Sequence record: NC_021531.1
Length of the DNA stretch: 64,000 nt
Reading direction: 5' to 3' (one strand)
Part shown: positions 8,868 through 17,300 of the stretch, piece after piece
How the letters are laid out: every line of letters starts with the position of its first letter
Position numbering within the stretch: the first letter of the stretch is position 1
The notes under the pieces: model-generated
What the model saw: the letters and a program-made list of their open reading frames with translations, nothing else
Told to the model about the DNA's origin: nothing
Database searches by the model: none
Made by a program: the position numbers and the translations under genes

Positions 8868-10188
8868 TGGTCTTTTCCTGAGATTTGTGTGCGTGAGGTT
8901 GTTCGTGCGTTACTGGTTCTGCAATTGCAGGCTTGGCCAGCTTAGGCAGTTTGTTTTCCTGCGAGGCGCGAACACGGCAGTCATAGCAGTTACAGGTCAG
9001 CTCTTTGAACTGATTACCGTAAGAACCAAAACGACGTTCCCACCACTGTGCAGTTAACAGTTTAGCCGTAGTCCAACCGCACTGACGACGTTCGCCGTGA
9101 TACTGCTTACGTGCTTCTTCTTCACCGTCGCCATTTTCATACGCGGCAGCTACGCAAGATGCACAGATGTGTTTCGCTGGGCAGCCCATACAAGCGTCTG
9201 GGTAAGACTTCCACTGAGTCTTAACTTCTTCCAGCAGTTTGCCGCCGTCGGTGTTAACGATTTCACGACCAACAAGCTTAGCAATTGCCTGACGGGTGGT
9301 TACCGTAGACATGAAGCGGTTACAGCCGTAGATGTTACGGTCGAAGCCGAGACAGGTCATGTGAACGGTCGTACCGCAGTGTGGGCGCAGACGGTCTGGG
9401 TTATAACGTACCTGATCGTCGTGCAACAGTTTTTCACGCCAGTCTGGGTTCCACAGGTCATCGACGTTCATACCGTTTGGAGTGATGTGCCCCATTTCAG
9501 CAGTCGGGTCTAAGTGCAGCCCTTTACCAATCCAGTATTCCAACACTTCAATCATCTGGTTAGAAATACCCAGCGCCATGTCACGAGGAATGATATCTTC
9601 AAATACCATGTTCCCGTAGATGGTACCACCGCCCGATTGGTCGATTAACGACTTCATGGATGCAGCGTAATGCTTGAGCGTGTCGTGGGTAAAGGTCGCT
9701 TTGATACCGAGGTCGTTAATCTTCATCGACTTCAGATAGTGATACCCTTCCAGCGCTTTCTCGTACGAGCCTTTGCGCGAGGTAGTGAAGATACGGTGTT
9801 TGTCATGCGTCTCCGGCAGACCATCAATCGATACGCCGATAGAGAGACGCTTATACCAGCGCTCGATAATAGAACGGTTCAGCGGCTTATCAAACAGCGT
9901 GCCGTTGGTGGAGATAGAGAACATGTACGGGCGGTTATCCCGCGCCGCCAGCTCTTCTGCAGTTTCGAACGCTGCAATCAGCAGCTTCGGCTGCAGGAAC
10001 GGCTCACCACCGATGATATCGATGATAGCACCATCCACACCCGGCTTACCTTTATCGCGGTCAAAGCAGGCATGGATAAAGTCAACCACGTCTTCAACGC
10101 GGTTGTTACGCGGGAACTTGCGCTCGTAGCAGTAATCGCAATCGAGGTTGCAAGACAGGTTGGTAACTATTTGGTACGTTACGTCCAT
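8830..10188 (-). CDS. Radical SAM/SPASM peptide maturase (CXXX-repeat target type)
   Basis: CNLDCDYC triad, IIGGEPFL, ISTNGT, VSIDG. SPASM cysteines CGTTVHMTC..YGC and CMGC..HICASC..RQC. Extra CNCYDC near the C-terminus. Confidence 0.92.
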   Translation of the reverse strand: MDVTYQIVTNLSCNLDCDYCYERKFPRNNRVEDVVDFIHACFDRDKGKPGVDGAIIDIIGGEPFLQPKLLIAAFETAEELAARDNRPYMFSISTNGTLFDKPLNRSIIERWYKRLSIGVSIDGLPETHDKHRIFTTSRKGSYEKALEGYHYLKSMKINDLGIKATFTHDTLKHYAASMKSLIDQSGGGTIYGNMVFEDIIPRDMALGISNQMIEVLEYWIGKGLHLDPTAEMGHITPNGMNVDDLWNPDWREKLLHDDQVRYNPDRLRPHCGTTVHMTCLGFDRNIYGCNRFMSTVTTRQAIAKLVGREIVNTDGGKLLEEVKTQWKSYPDACMGCPAKHICASCVAAAYENGDGEEEARKQYHGERRQCGWTTAKLLTAQWWERRFGSYGNQFKELTCNCYDCRVRASQENKLPKLAKPAIAEPVTHEQPHAHKSQEKTNEVIANSQFYEA

Positions 10189-10198
10189 AATGGCCGCC

Positions 10199-11074
10199 TT
10201 ATGCTTGTGGCAAATTCAGGTAGTTATGCAGATACTTGTAAGCATCCACGCCGATGATAGAGGCTATTTTATTACAGCCTGAGTCCACTAACCATTCCGT
10301 GTTCTCACGCAGCCCAATATCCCCATTCGGTTCAACCATCTTCAGCTGACCACATGCGTTACAGTTCATGTTATCGAAGAACTTCTCTAAACGCAGTACC
10401 GTCGAGTAACCGTTCGCCGCGTTCATCTCAAACATCTGGGCTTCGAGCCGTTTCCATCCGTAGATGAAGTTCAGCACGTGGTCCTGATTGAGAGGTTTCG
10501 GCATTAACTTGTCGAACGTCAGCGATAACGCCGCCAAGTTAAGATGATGCAGAGAACTGTGCAGTTGAAGGATGTCTTCGTACCAGCGAGGTTTACTCAC
10601 CATCTCACGCGTCAATACGCCCCACACAGTAACCTTTTCCAGCTCATTGATTACTTCAAAAGCCTCTTGAGCACCTTCGTCAATGAATGCACGCAGGCTA
10701 CGCTCACCACCTTCGTACGCATCGATAGACACGACGATATGGTCAAACGTTTTCAAGAACTCAAGTTGCGACAACTTGAGTTTACGACCGTTGGTGAATA
10801 GCAGGTGTTTTGCGGAAGGAGCGCCACGCCGTGCTTCTTCAACGAAGTCAACCAACTTCGAATAGGAGAGCAGCGGTTCGCCACCAGTCCACAGGAATTC
10901 CTCTACCAGAGGATTTTCTTTTATAATGTCCACCATTGCCTCTTTATGTTTTGTTTTAGAGACATCGCCCTTAGCCATGTGAGCTGCCCCTCCACAGAAG
11001 GAGCAGTTTAAGTTACACTTAGCCGTTATTGCAACGTCAATCATCGTTGCGGATGATTTAGGGGTATCGTGCAT
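10199..11074 (-). CDS. Second radical SAM enzyme (short, Twitch-like C-terminus)
   Basis: CNLNCSFC triad, TGGEPLL, LFTNG, VSIDA. C-terminal CNACGQLKMVEPNGD..GC. Confidence 0.88.
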   Translation of the reverse strand: MHDTPKSSATMIDVAITAKCNLNCSFCGGAAHMAKGDVSKTKHKEAMVDIIKENPLVEEFLWTGGEPLLSYSKLVDFVEEARRGAPSAKHLLFTNGRKLKLSQLEFLKTFDHIVVSIDAYEGGERSLRAFIDEGAQEAFEVINELEKVTVWGVLTREMVSKPRWYEDILQLHSSLHHLNLAALSLTFDKLMPKPLNQDHVLNFIYGWKRLEAQMFEMNAANGYSTVLRLEKFFDNMNCNACGQLKMVEPNGDIGLRENTEWLVDSGCNKIASIIGVDAYKYLHNYLNLPQA

Positions 11075-11999
11075 CCGGATTTTTTCCCCATTGCTTGCTC
11101 ATAAACGAGAAGAGCGGGTCATCTTTACGAACATCTTCGCCGGGAACAATGAGTTTCGGGTCATTATACGCCTGCAGGATGGCGTCTAAGATTTTATTCC
11201 GGCTATTGATTCCGTTAAGTTCTTTCAAACTTACTTCACGGCGGATGAACGAGTCCATTACATGCTGCTCTTCGTCCGAAAGGAGACCGGCCTCGTTGAC
11301 TTTACCCACCAAGAAGGTCATTACTCGGTGCAAGTCAGCTGTGGTATTCGGTTGCTCCCCGTACTCGCTTTGAATCAGGTAGTTCGTCCACGGTTTGCGC
11401 AGTCGCTTGGTAATCTCGTGTGCATCCGTAATCGCTTCCCATCTCATACTACGATGGTTCCACGTAATTTTATACGAATACGCCATGAGGTCAGCCAGCG
11501 TATCGATGCCGAGTTCTTCGTAACCATCGACCGCATAGTAGCGTTCGGTATTGAAGTAATCGTCATCTGGCACTTCATCGCAGTCAACAACGGTGTAGTA
11601 GAACGGGAAGGCTGATGGGTATTCCCAGTTCCAGCCGCGTTGAATCATCGGCTTCATGTTGTTTTCTTTAAACGATGCAAACAGCAGCTCCAGCGGTGGA
11701 GCGTAGTTAAGTACCGCATCGGTAAAGTAGTATTTGTCGTTCACTAATTTACCGACGTAGTCTGTCGTCGCACCGGTACACTTGATGATTTTCACATTCA
11801 GTGTGTCAGAGATGTTGAACTCTTCCAGTACCGTTGACTTATACAGAATGTCGCGAGGACGCAGACGTGGGAACTCAACCGGGTTCATTGCCAGCAAACG
11901 CAGACGGTCATTGACGTGGTCATTAACCGCGTCAGGTAGCCCGATGTGAATCGGGTAGTTGAATGTAGTTCGGAATGCGTAATGCGCATTACTCTTCAT
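11058..11999 (-). CDS. Hypothetical protein in the radical-SAM cassette
   Basis: 313 aa, strong SD AAGGAG, overlaps the rSAM gene by 17 nt. Confidence 0.7.
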   Translation of the reverse strand: MKSNAHYAFRTTFNYPIHIGLPDAVNDHVNDRLRLLAMNPVEFPRLRPRDILYKSTVLEEFNISDTLNVKIIKCTGATTDYVGKLVNDKYYFTDAVLNYAPPLELLFASFKENNMKPMIQRGWNWEYPSAFPFYYTVVDCDEVPDDDYFNTERYYAVDGYEELGIDTLADLMAYSYKITWNHRSMRWEAITDAHEITKRLRKPWTNYLIQSEYGEQPNTTADLHRVMTFLVGKVNEAGLLSDEEQHVMDSFIRREVSLKELNGINSRNKILDAILQAYNDPKLIVPGEDVRKDDPLFSFMSKQWGKNPDARYP

Positions 12000-12010
12000 G
12001 AAAGAACTCC

Positions 12011-12220
12011 TTACGAAGGCCAGGTCACAGCTTTCGCGCCACCTGAAGACGTCCAGCTACAACTACCATTACAACGATAGCTGCCTGCTGCAATATTGTT
12101 TAAACGATTGGAGTTATTAACGGTACCGCGGGTAGCAATGTAGTTAATCGCACTAGCGGTGGTGATATAACCCTCAATCCTCGCGAGTTGCTGTCCAACC
12201 TCGTTTAATGAAACAGCCAT
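12011..12220 (-). CDS. MAVSLN-leader peptide C (short core CNGSCSW)
   Basis: 69 aa, SD GGAGG. Leader homologous to peptides A and B. Confidence 0.8.
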   Translation of the reverse strand: MAVSLNEVGQQLARIEGYITTASAINYIATRGTVNNSNRLNNIAAGSYRCNGSCSWTSSGGAKAVTWPS

Positions 12221-12232
12221 GTGACCTCCCTA

Positions 12233-12634
12233 CTACGGTCCAGAACAGCCGGAACAACCCCCAGAACATGACCCGGAACAGTTACCAGAGCATCTGCCTG
12301 AACACGTACCAGTACACGTACCAGAACACGTACCAGAACACGTGCCTGTGCAACCACCGGAACAACCACCCGCGCAACCACCTGAACAGCTCGACGAACA
12401 GCTAGAGCCACAGGTTGCACTACAGGTTCCGGTACAGCCGCCAGAACAGCCTGCGGAGCAAGTCCAGCTACACGTACCTCCGCAGTGGTAATAGTTCGCG
12501 TCATGACCTGCTAAGCGGTCTACGTTATTGGTAGTCTTGCCCGCAATGTACGATTGGACACCGGCTTCGGTTTTCAGAGCAGCGGCTTCAATGTTGTCCA
12601 GTTGGCCTTTTACAGCGTTTAATGAGACTGCCAT
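12233..12634 (-). CDS. MAVSLN-leader CXXX-repeat peptide B (putative rSAM substrate)
   Basis: 133 aa from MAVSLN (SD GAGGGG), 21 Cys in CXXX repeats, ends CSGP. Confidence 0.88.
   Translation of the reverse strand: MAVSLNAVKGQLDNIEAAALKTEAGVQSYIAGKTTNNVDRLAGHDANYYHCGGTCSWTCSAGCSGGCTGTCSATCGSSCSSSCSGGCAGGCSGGCTGTCSGTCSGTCTGTCSGRCSGNCSGSCSGGCSGCSGP
12301..12348. repeat. Four near-perfect tandem 12-bp units (AACACGTACCAG) inside peptide B
   Basis: aacacgtaccag / tacacgtaccag / aacacgtaccag / aacacgtgcctg. Confidence 0.85.
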
Positions 12635-12645
12635 GGTAATCCCCT

Positions 12646-13038
12646 CTATTGTGGCCCCGAACATCCGCCTGAGCAACTTCCTGAGCAGTTACCTGAACAC
12701 GCCCCACCACAACTCCTGCCACAAGCACCAGAACATGATGAAGAACACGCGCCGCCGCACGTACCCGTACAGCTACCTGAGCAACCTCCCGAGCAAGAAC
12801 TAGTACACGTGCCAGAACATGACCCGGAGCAGTTACCGGAGCAGCTGGAACAACCGTGGGAACAACCTGAAGAACAAGACCAACTACAACTACCGTTGCA
12901 GCGGATTTCTCCGGGGGACATCCCGCCTAAATTATTTGCGTTATACGCTTTTGTGGCCACCTGTCCATCAACCGAAGCGCCAGTTGCAATAGACAGTCTG
13001 GCCATACGCGCATTAACGTCATTGAGTGAAACGGCCAT
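12646..13038 (-). CDS. MAVSLN-leader CXXX-repeat peptide A (putative rSAM substrate)
   Basis: 130 aa, SD AAGGA, 21 Cys in CXXX repeats, ends CSGPQ. Confidence 0.88.
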   Translation of the reverse strand: MAVSLNDVNARMARLSIATGASVDGQVATKAYNANNLGGMSPGEIRCNGSCSWSCSSGCSHGCSSCSGNCSGSCSGTCTSSCSGGCSGSCTGTCGGACSSSCSGACGRSCGGACSGNCSGSCSGGCSGPQ

Positions 13039-13051
13039 ATGCTTCCTTTAA

Positions 13052-13079
13052 CGGGCGAACTTGACATAAAGTATCGCCC
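13052..13079 (-). promoter_or_regulatory. Inverted repeat enclosing a TATG late-promoter-like motif upstream of the peptide genes
   Basis: GGGCGA...TCGCCC arms around CTTTATGTCAAG (minus strand; TATG at 13068-13065). Confidence 0.4.
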
Positions 13080-13093
13080 TGACGTTATAAGAG

Positions 13094-14293
13094 TTACTTG
13101 GTGCCGGCAGCAGACTGAACGTCGCCGCGGGTAGTCAAGTTGGCGTTGACGTGTACGTTGGCTTGTACGACACCACCCGTGTTCTTGTTCAGATACTGGT
13201 CGTGCGGGTTCGCCGCCGATTTGTGGGCTGCGAGGTCAGCGTTGGTTTTCGCCAATGCCTGTTCCAAGGCCGCGATGCGATTTTCGAGACCTTGGTTCGC
13301 TGTGCCCATATCCGCAATCTGCTGCTTCAGGTTATTGGTTTCCTGATTAGCGGCTGCGAGTCCAGCACGCAGGTCATTGAGCTGCTGAGTCAGCAGACCG
13401 ACTTGCGTTTCCAGAATGAGAATCTCATCCATCAGTTCCGCAATCTGTAACTGCGTTTTCTGATAGTTCTGGTCAACCGTGTTGAGCTGGGTATTCCATG
13501 TGCCGATAGAACTGACCAGCGCTGCGATTTTCTGCGCCAAGTCGGTATCGGTCGCATTGAGCGTACCGATATCTTGCAACACGGAGTTGATGCTGCTTTG
13601 CACGTTCTGAATCAACGTACGGACTTCTGACGTGGAGTACACGTCAAGTTGGCCACGCGTCACTTTGTGAACGTTGCCTTCCGCATTACGGTGCTCATCT
13701 AACGCCGCCAGCATCTCTTGACGATACGCTTTGAGCATGTTCTGAATCTGCACCATTTCCGCAGACGCGCCCAAACGAATCGCTTCGTTGAGTTTCGCCA
13801 GCAGGGTAACGATGTATTCAAAACCAAAGAAGTCGCCCACGTCACGGAACGCAGGCGCACCTGCAAACTCATCCGGCACGTTACGGAGTTCATAGAAGTC
13901 GATAGTTGGGTCATCGAGTTCCAGTGATTCAATACACTGGACGATGTTATCGACGTTCGCTGCGTACGGACCACCGACAATGTGGGCGCTGGCGGTGATG
14001 TCGGACGGTACAGCCGAGCGAGTAACAACAATAGCAGTTGCCACTTCGCGGCCACCGGTCATTTTAGTCAATGACGGATGGAGGAGAATTACTTCGTAGT
14101 CGGTACCGCGAACGAGTGGTTTATTCGGCGCGTTCACCGGAGCTAATCGAAGCGTATCAACAAAGAAAGGACCTGTTGGGAATGCAAACGCCCGGTTAAT
14201 CGTTCCTGTGCCGAGTTTAATCGGGTGAGAAACGTTGTTACCGAGGATGGTTCCGAACAGGTCCAACGGGTACTGCATTACTGCCTTACTCAT
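13094..14293 (-). CDS. Virion/tail-fibre-associated protein with coiled-coil C-half
   Basis: 399 aa. N-domain homologous to the N-termini of the three giant fibres (LVRGTDYEVI). Heptad repeats. H..NPH motifs. Confidence 0.7.
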   Translation of the reverse strand: MSKAVMQYPLDLFGTILGNNVSHPIKLGTGTINRAFAFPTGPFFVDTLRLAPVNAPNKPLVRGTDYEVILLHPSLTKMTGGREVATAIVVTRSAVPSDITASAHIVGGPYAANVDNIVQCIESLELDDPTIDFYELRNVPDEFAGAPAFRDVGDFFGFEYIVTLLAKLNEAIRLGASAEMVQIQNMLKAYRQEMLAALDEHRNAEGNVHKVTRGQLDVYSTSEVRTLIQNVQSSINSVLQDIGTLNATDTDLAQKIAALVSSIGTWNTQLNTVDQNYQKTQLQIAELMDEILILETQVGLLTQQLNDLRAGLAAANQETNNLKQQIADMGTANQGLENRIAALEQALAKTNADLAAHKSAANPHDQYLNKNTGGVVQANVHVNANLTTRGDVQSAAGTK

Positions 14294-14317
14294 CGGAAAA
14301 CTCCTTGTGGTGAGTAA

Positions 14318-14345
14318 AGAGTGGGGAGCCGAAACTCCCCACTTT
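14318..14345 (-). terminator. Hairpin / weak terminator between the giant fibre and the 399-aa gene
   Basis: GTGGGGAG/CTCCCCAC stem with a short T-rich tail. Confidence 0.55.
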
Positions 14346-14347
14346 GT

Positions 14348-17300
14348 TTACGCGCTCAGGGTGGAATCATGAATCATAACATCAAGGACAACCGCGGTAG
14401 TCGCATCGTAGTAGATGTCGATATACCGGCCTCCTGCGAAGCTACGTTCCTCCGTCCAGAACATCACTGGGGCTTTGGTAATGGCTGCAGACTGACGCAG
14501 GGCCAGCATGTAGTCTTTACCCGTAGGCACGGTCAACGTGTACAGGCCGATAGCAGCACTGCCCGGAATAGAAGCAGGGGAAGCCGGGTTGGGTAACTTA
14601 ATCGCACCTAATGACGTACTTGAGGTAGCGAGTTTCGTTGTCCCATCCTGCACTAATTCAAACGCCACATACGTCGGTGAATTACCTGGATTTTCTCTTA
14701 CGACAAGCGCCAACGAGTTGGCTTGATTCAGCAACGCCCCGGTCAGTGTAACCGTTTGCGTAGCTGATGCGTTGTACGTAGTAGTCCCCTGCAACACACC
14801 GTTCAGGTATACACTACAACCGTCGTCGCTATTCACATTCAACATTAAAGAGTTGCTTGTTGGTGTGAAAGTTGTTTTTACAGCGAACACCTCGCCCGCT
14901 GCCAACAACTGAGCATATGGGCGAATCGCTGGCGATGCTAACGGACTGCTATACGCGTTGGTCGTCTGCATTGCAGGTGGCCACAGCTTTTCAGCATTGT
15001 TAGCTAGCAACATCCACGACGCGGTTATCGCAGGCAGGCTCACACGAGTGATGTTATCGAAGTTACCGGCGAGCTGGTTCGCTGTTTCCAGCGCCGCAGC
15101 AGTGCCGTAAGTCTTCGACAAATCCGCCCCCGGACGGGTGATGTTCCAGAATCGTGCCGCGTTTTGAGATGTAGCCCCGTAGCCAAAACGACAAGTGCGG
15201 GCAAATGTCGGGGCTGCAGTGGCCAAGTCAATCTCAACGTATTTGTACGTTGCAGAGTTACGCACCTGGCTCATCGACAACGTTTTCTTCGCCGCCACGA
15301 TTTGTCGGATGTTCGTGTCACGATCACCGGTTGTTGGCAATTGTGCATGTTCAACCGCAATATACAGCATGTTACCGCGCCGTTCAGCGTAGACATGCGC
15401 ATACCACTTATTCCACCCCAGTAAATCGGTGGTCGAAGTGTCTAAGGTGGCGATCGCCCGAGAAGATGACTGTCGGTAGTTTTCCTTAACCTGTATCCGA
15501 GACTGTAAATCAAGGTGCCCCTCGATTGAGTTACCGATAGCTAAGCAAAGCGTTTGTTCGCGCCCTACCGACGAATCTTCCTTCTTCAACGCAGCCAGCA
15601 CAATCGCGATGGCATCATTATCAGTGTCGTTAGAAGTGATAACCGTGTTAAACGTGTAATCACCAACCAGTTCATCCGAAATAAACCCAACGAACGTCAC
15701 TGTGTTCAACGTACATTCAACCACATCATCCGCGTCGATATATTTCCATGCTACGAGTTCAGACTCGTTTGCAGGCTGGGCCGACGTCGAGTTGTTGTGA
15801 CTGAAACGGTACCAGCTGTTGTAGATATCCTGGAACGACGGGAATGAGAACGTGTCGATGGTACCCATGTTCTCCATGTTCGAGTAGATAGACTCGGTCA
15901 AGGTCCCGCCTGCCAGATATCCGTGCGCGTACGGGTTGTCCGCGTGCGCCAACAGAGAACCAACTCGACCCAAACGTTTCACACGGTTGATGTTGACTTC
16001 AACGATAGCGTTAGTCGACGTCACCACGTACCCGATATAGAGGCGCGTAGCAGTGTCGCTAAGCAACGTTTTGGAAACGCTGTACTCTGCCTTACCTTGT
16101 GCGTTTAACTGCACGTAGAAGTACAGTGTGGCGTTCTGGTAGTCGCTTGGGAACAACGCTTTGAAGTCAAATTGCGAGGCTGGCGTATTGTGCTCTTCCA
16201 TGTTCGCAAAGAACGGAATGTCCTGCGTAATGTAAAGAATCATCCCCTCGGCCAGCTGTGGTCCGAACAGGATCACGTTACGTGCACTGCCAGTGTTGTA
16301 ATTACGACTGTTGTTGCTAAATGCTTGACCGCCGTAATACATCCCACCAGACAAGAACGTACCAACCAGAATCTCGTTCGTTTCAGGCAGATGGACAACG
16401 TCGCTTTCGCCATAGGACGGGTTAACCATTTCTCGGTTAAACGTCCAGTTTGCCATGTTCGCATCGCATGTCAACGTGAAGGTCATGTGACCCCCGCCAC
16501 CGACAGTCGCACAATGACATTGCGCATGAGGACGGATAATCCATCCGTCACTGCGTTTAATTAAACGCAGCTGCCAGTAATCCCCTGCATTGCTGATACC
16601 CGTCCACGCGAAATCGATACGGTCTTCGTTACCAATGTGCACCGCGTTGCTGTAATCCAGCGCCAGTACGTTGTTAACGAAGGTCATTGGGATGCGGAAA
16701 TAGTAGACGTACGCATACGTGACACCGTCCGCTTCTTTCTGACCAAACATCGCCGTAGCGATACACATGTTTGTACCGCCCAAATCAAACAGGTTTAACC
16801 AGCTTGTTTTGAAGATACTCGCCGCTTGTCCCCACTTCGCCACACGGGTCGTCAGCATCGACTGGAAATCATTCCACATCGCAGCATTAACAGTCACTGT
16901 GTCGTTGTGCAGCACTGCAGAACCGTTAATGTTTTTGTAATTACTGCTCCCAGCGGAGTTAAAAGCGGCCCCGTTGAGGTAATTACTGTTGCCGTTGAAG
17001 ATGTAGGCACAGCGGGTTAACACGTTGTACGTTGACTCGTTAAACGCGGTACGGTCATTCGAAGGACCCCAACCACCATAGCCCGGGAAGTTGTAAGAGC
17101 CTGCGGTGTCGTAAGCTATCTGGGCGCAATCGCTGGTACCCAGACGGCGCATCAGCACCTTTTTAACCGTGTTACCCAGCTGCACTAAACCACGCATGCG
17201 ATGTTGGTACACTGAGCCGTACGCCCCGTTTACTGCCATCTGGACACCCATCCGCCCGGTCAGCGGATTATCCCAACGCAGCGCATCGTACAACGACTTG

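Noticed and set aside
8830-11074. rSAMs as NrdG or QueE (7-deazaguanine DNA modification)
   Set aside because: No nrdD, queC/D, folE or dpdA seen in the window. The SPASM domain and neighbouring Cys-rich peptides fit peptide maturation better.
12205-12504. 99-aa ORF with VLVRVLVRVLVR repeats
   Set aside because: Alternative-frame shadow of the CXXX repeat in peptide B; no SD.
12233-13038. CRISPR array, or metallothionein as the primary call
   Set aside because: Repeats are 12-nt codon-level units without spacers. Metallothionein-type CC/CXC clusters are absent, and the adjacent SPASM enzyme favours a modification substrate. Metal binding is not excluded.
12208-13051. Plus-strand ORFs with NTYQ / PEQL repeats
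   Set aside because: Antisense readings of the Cys-repeat genes.
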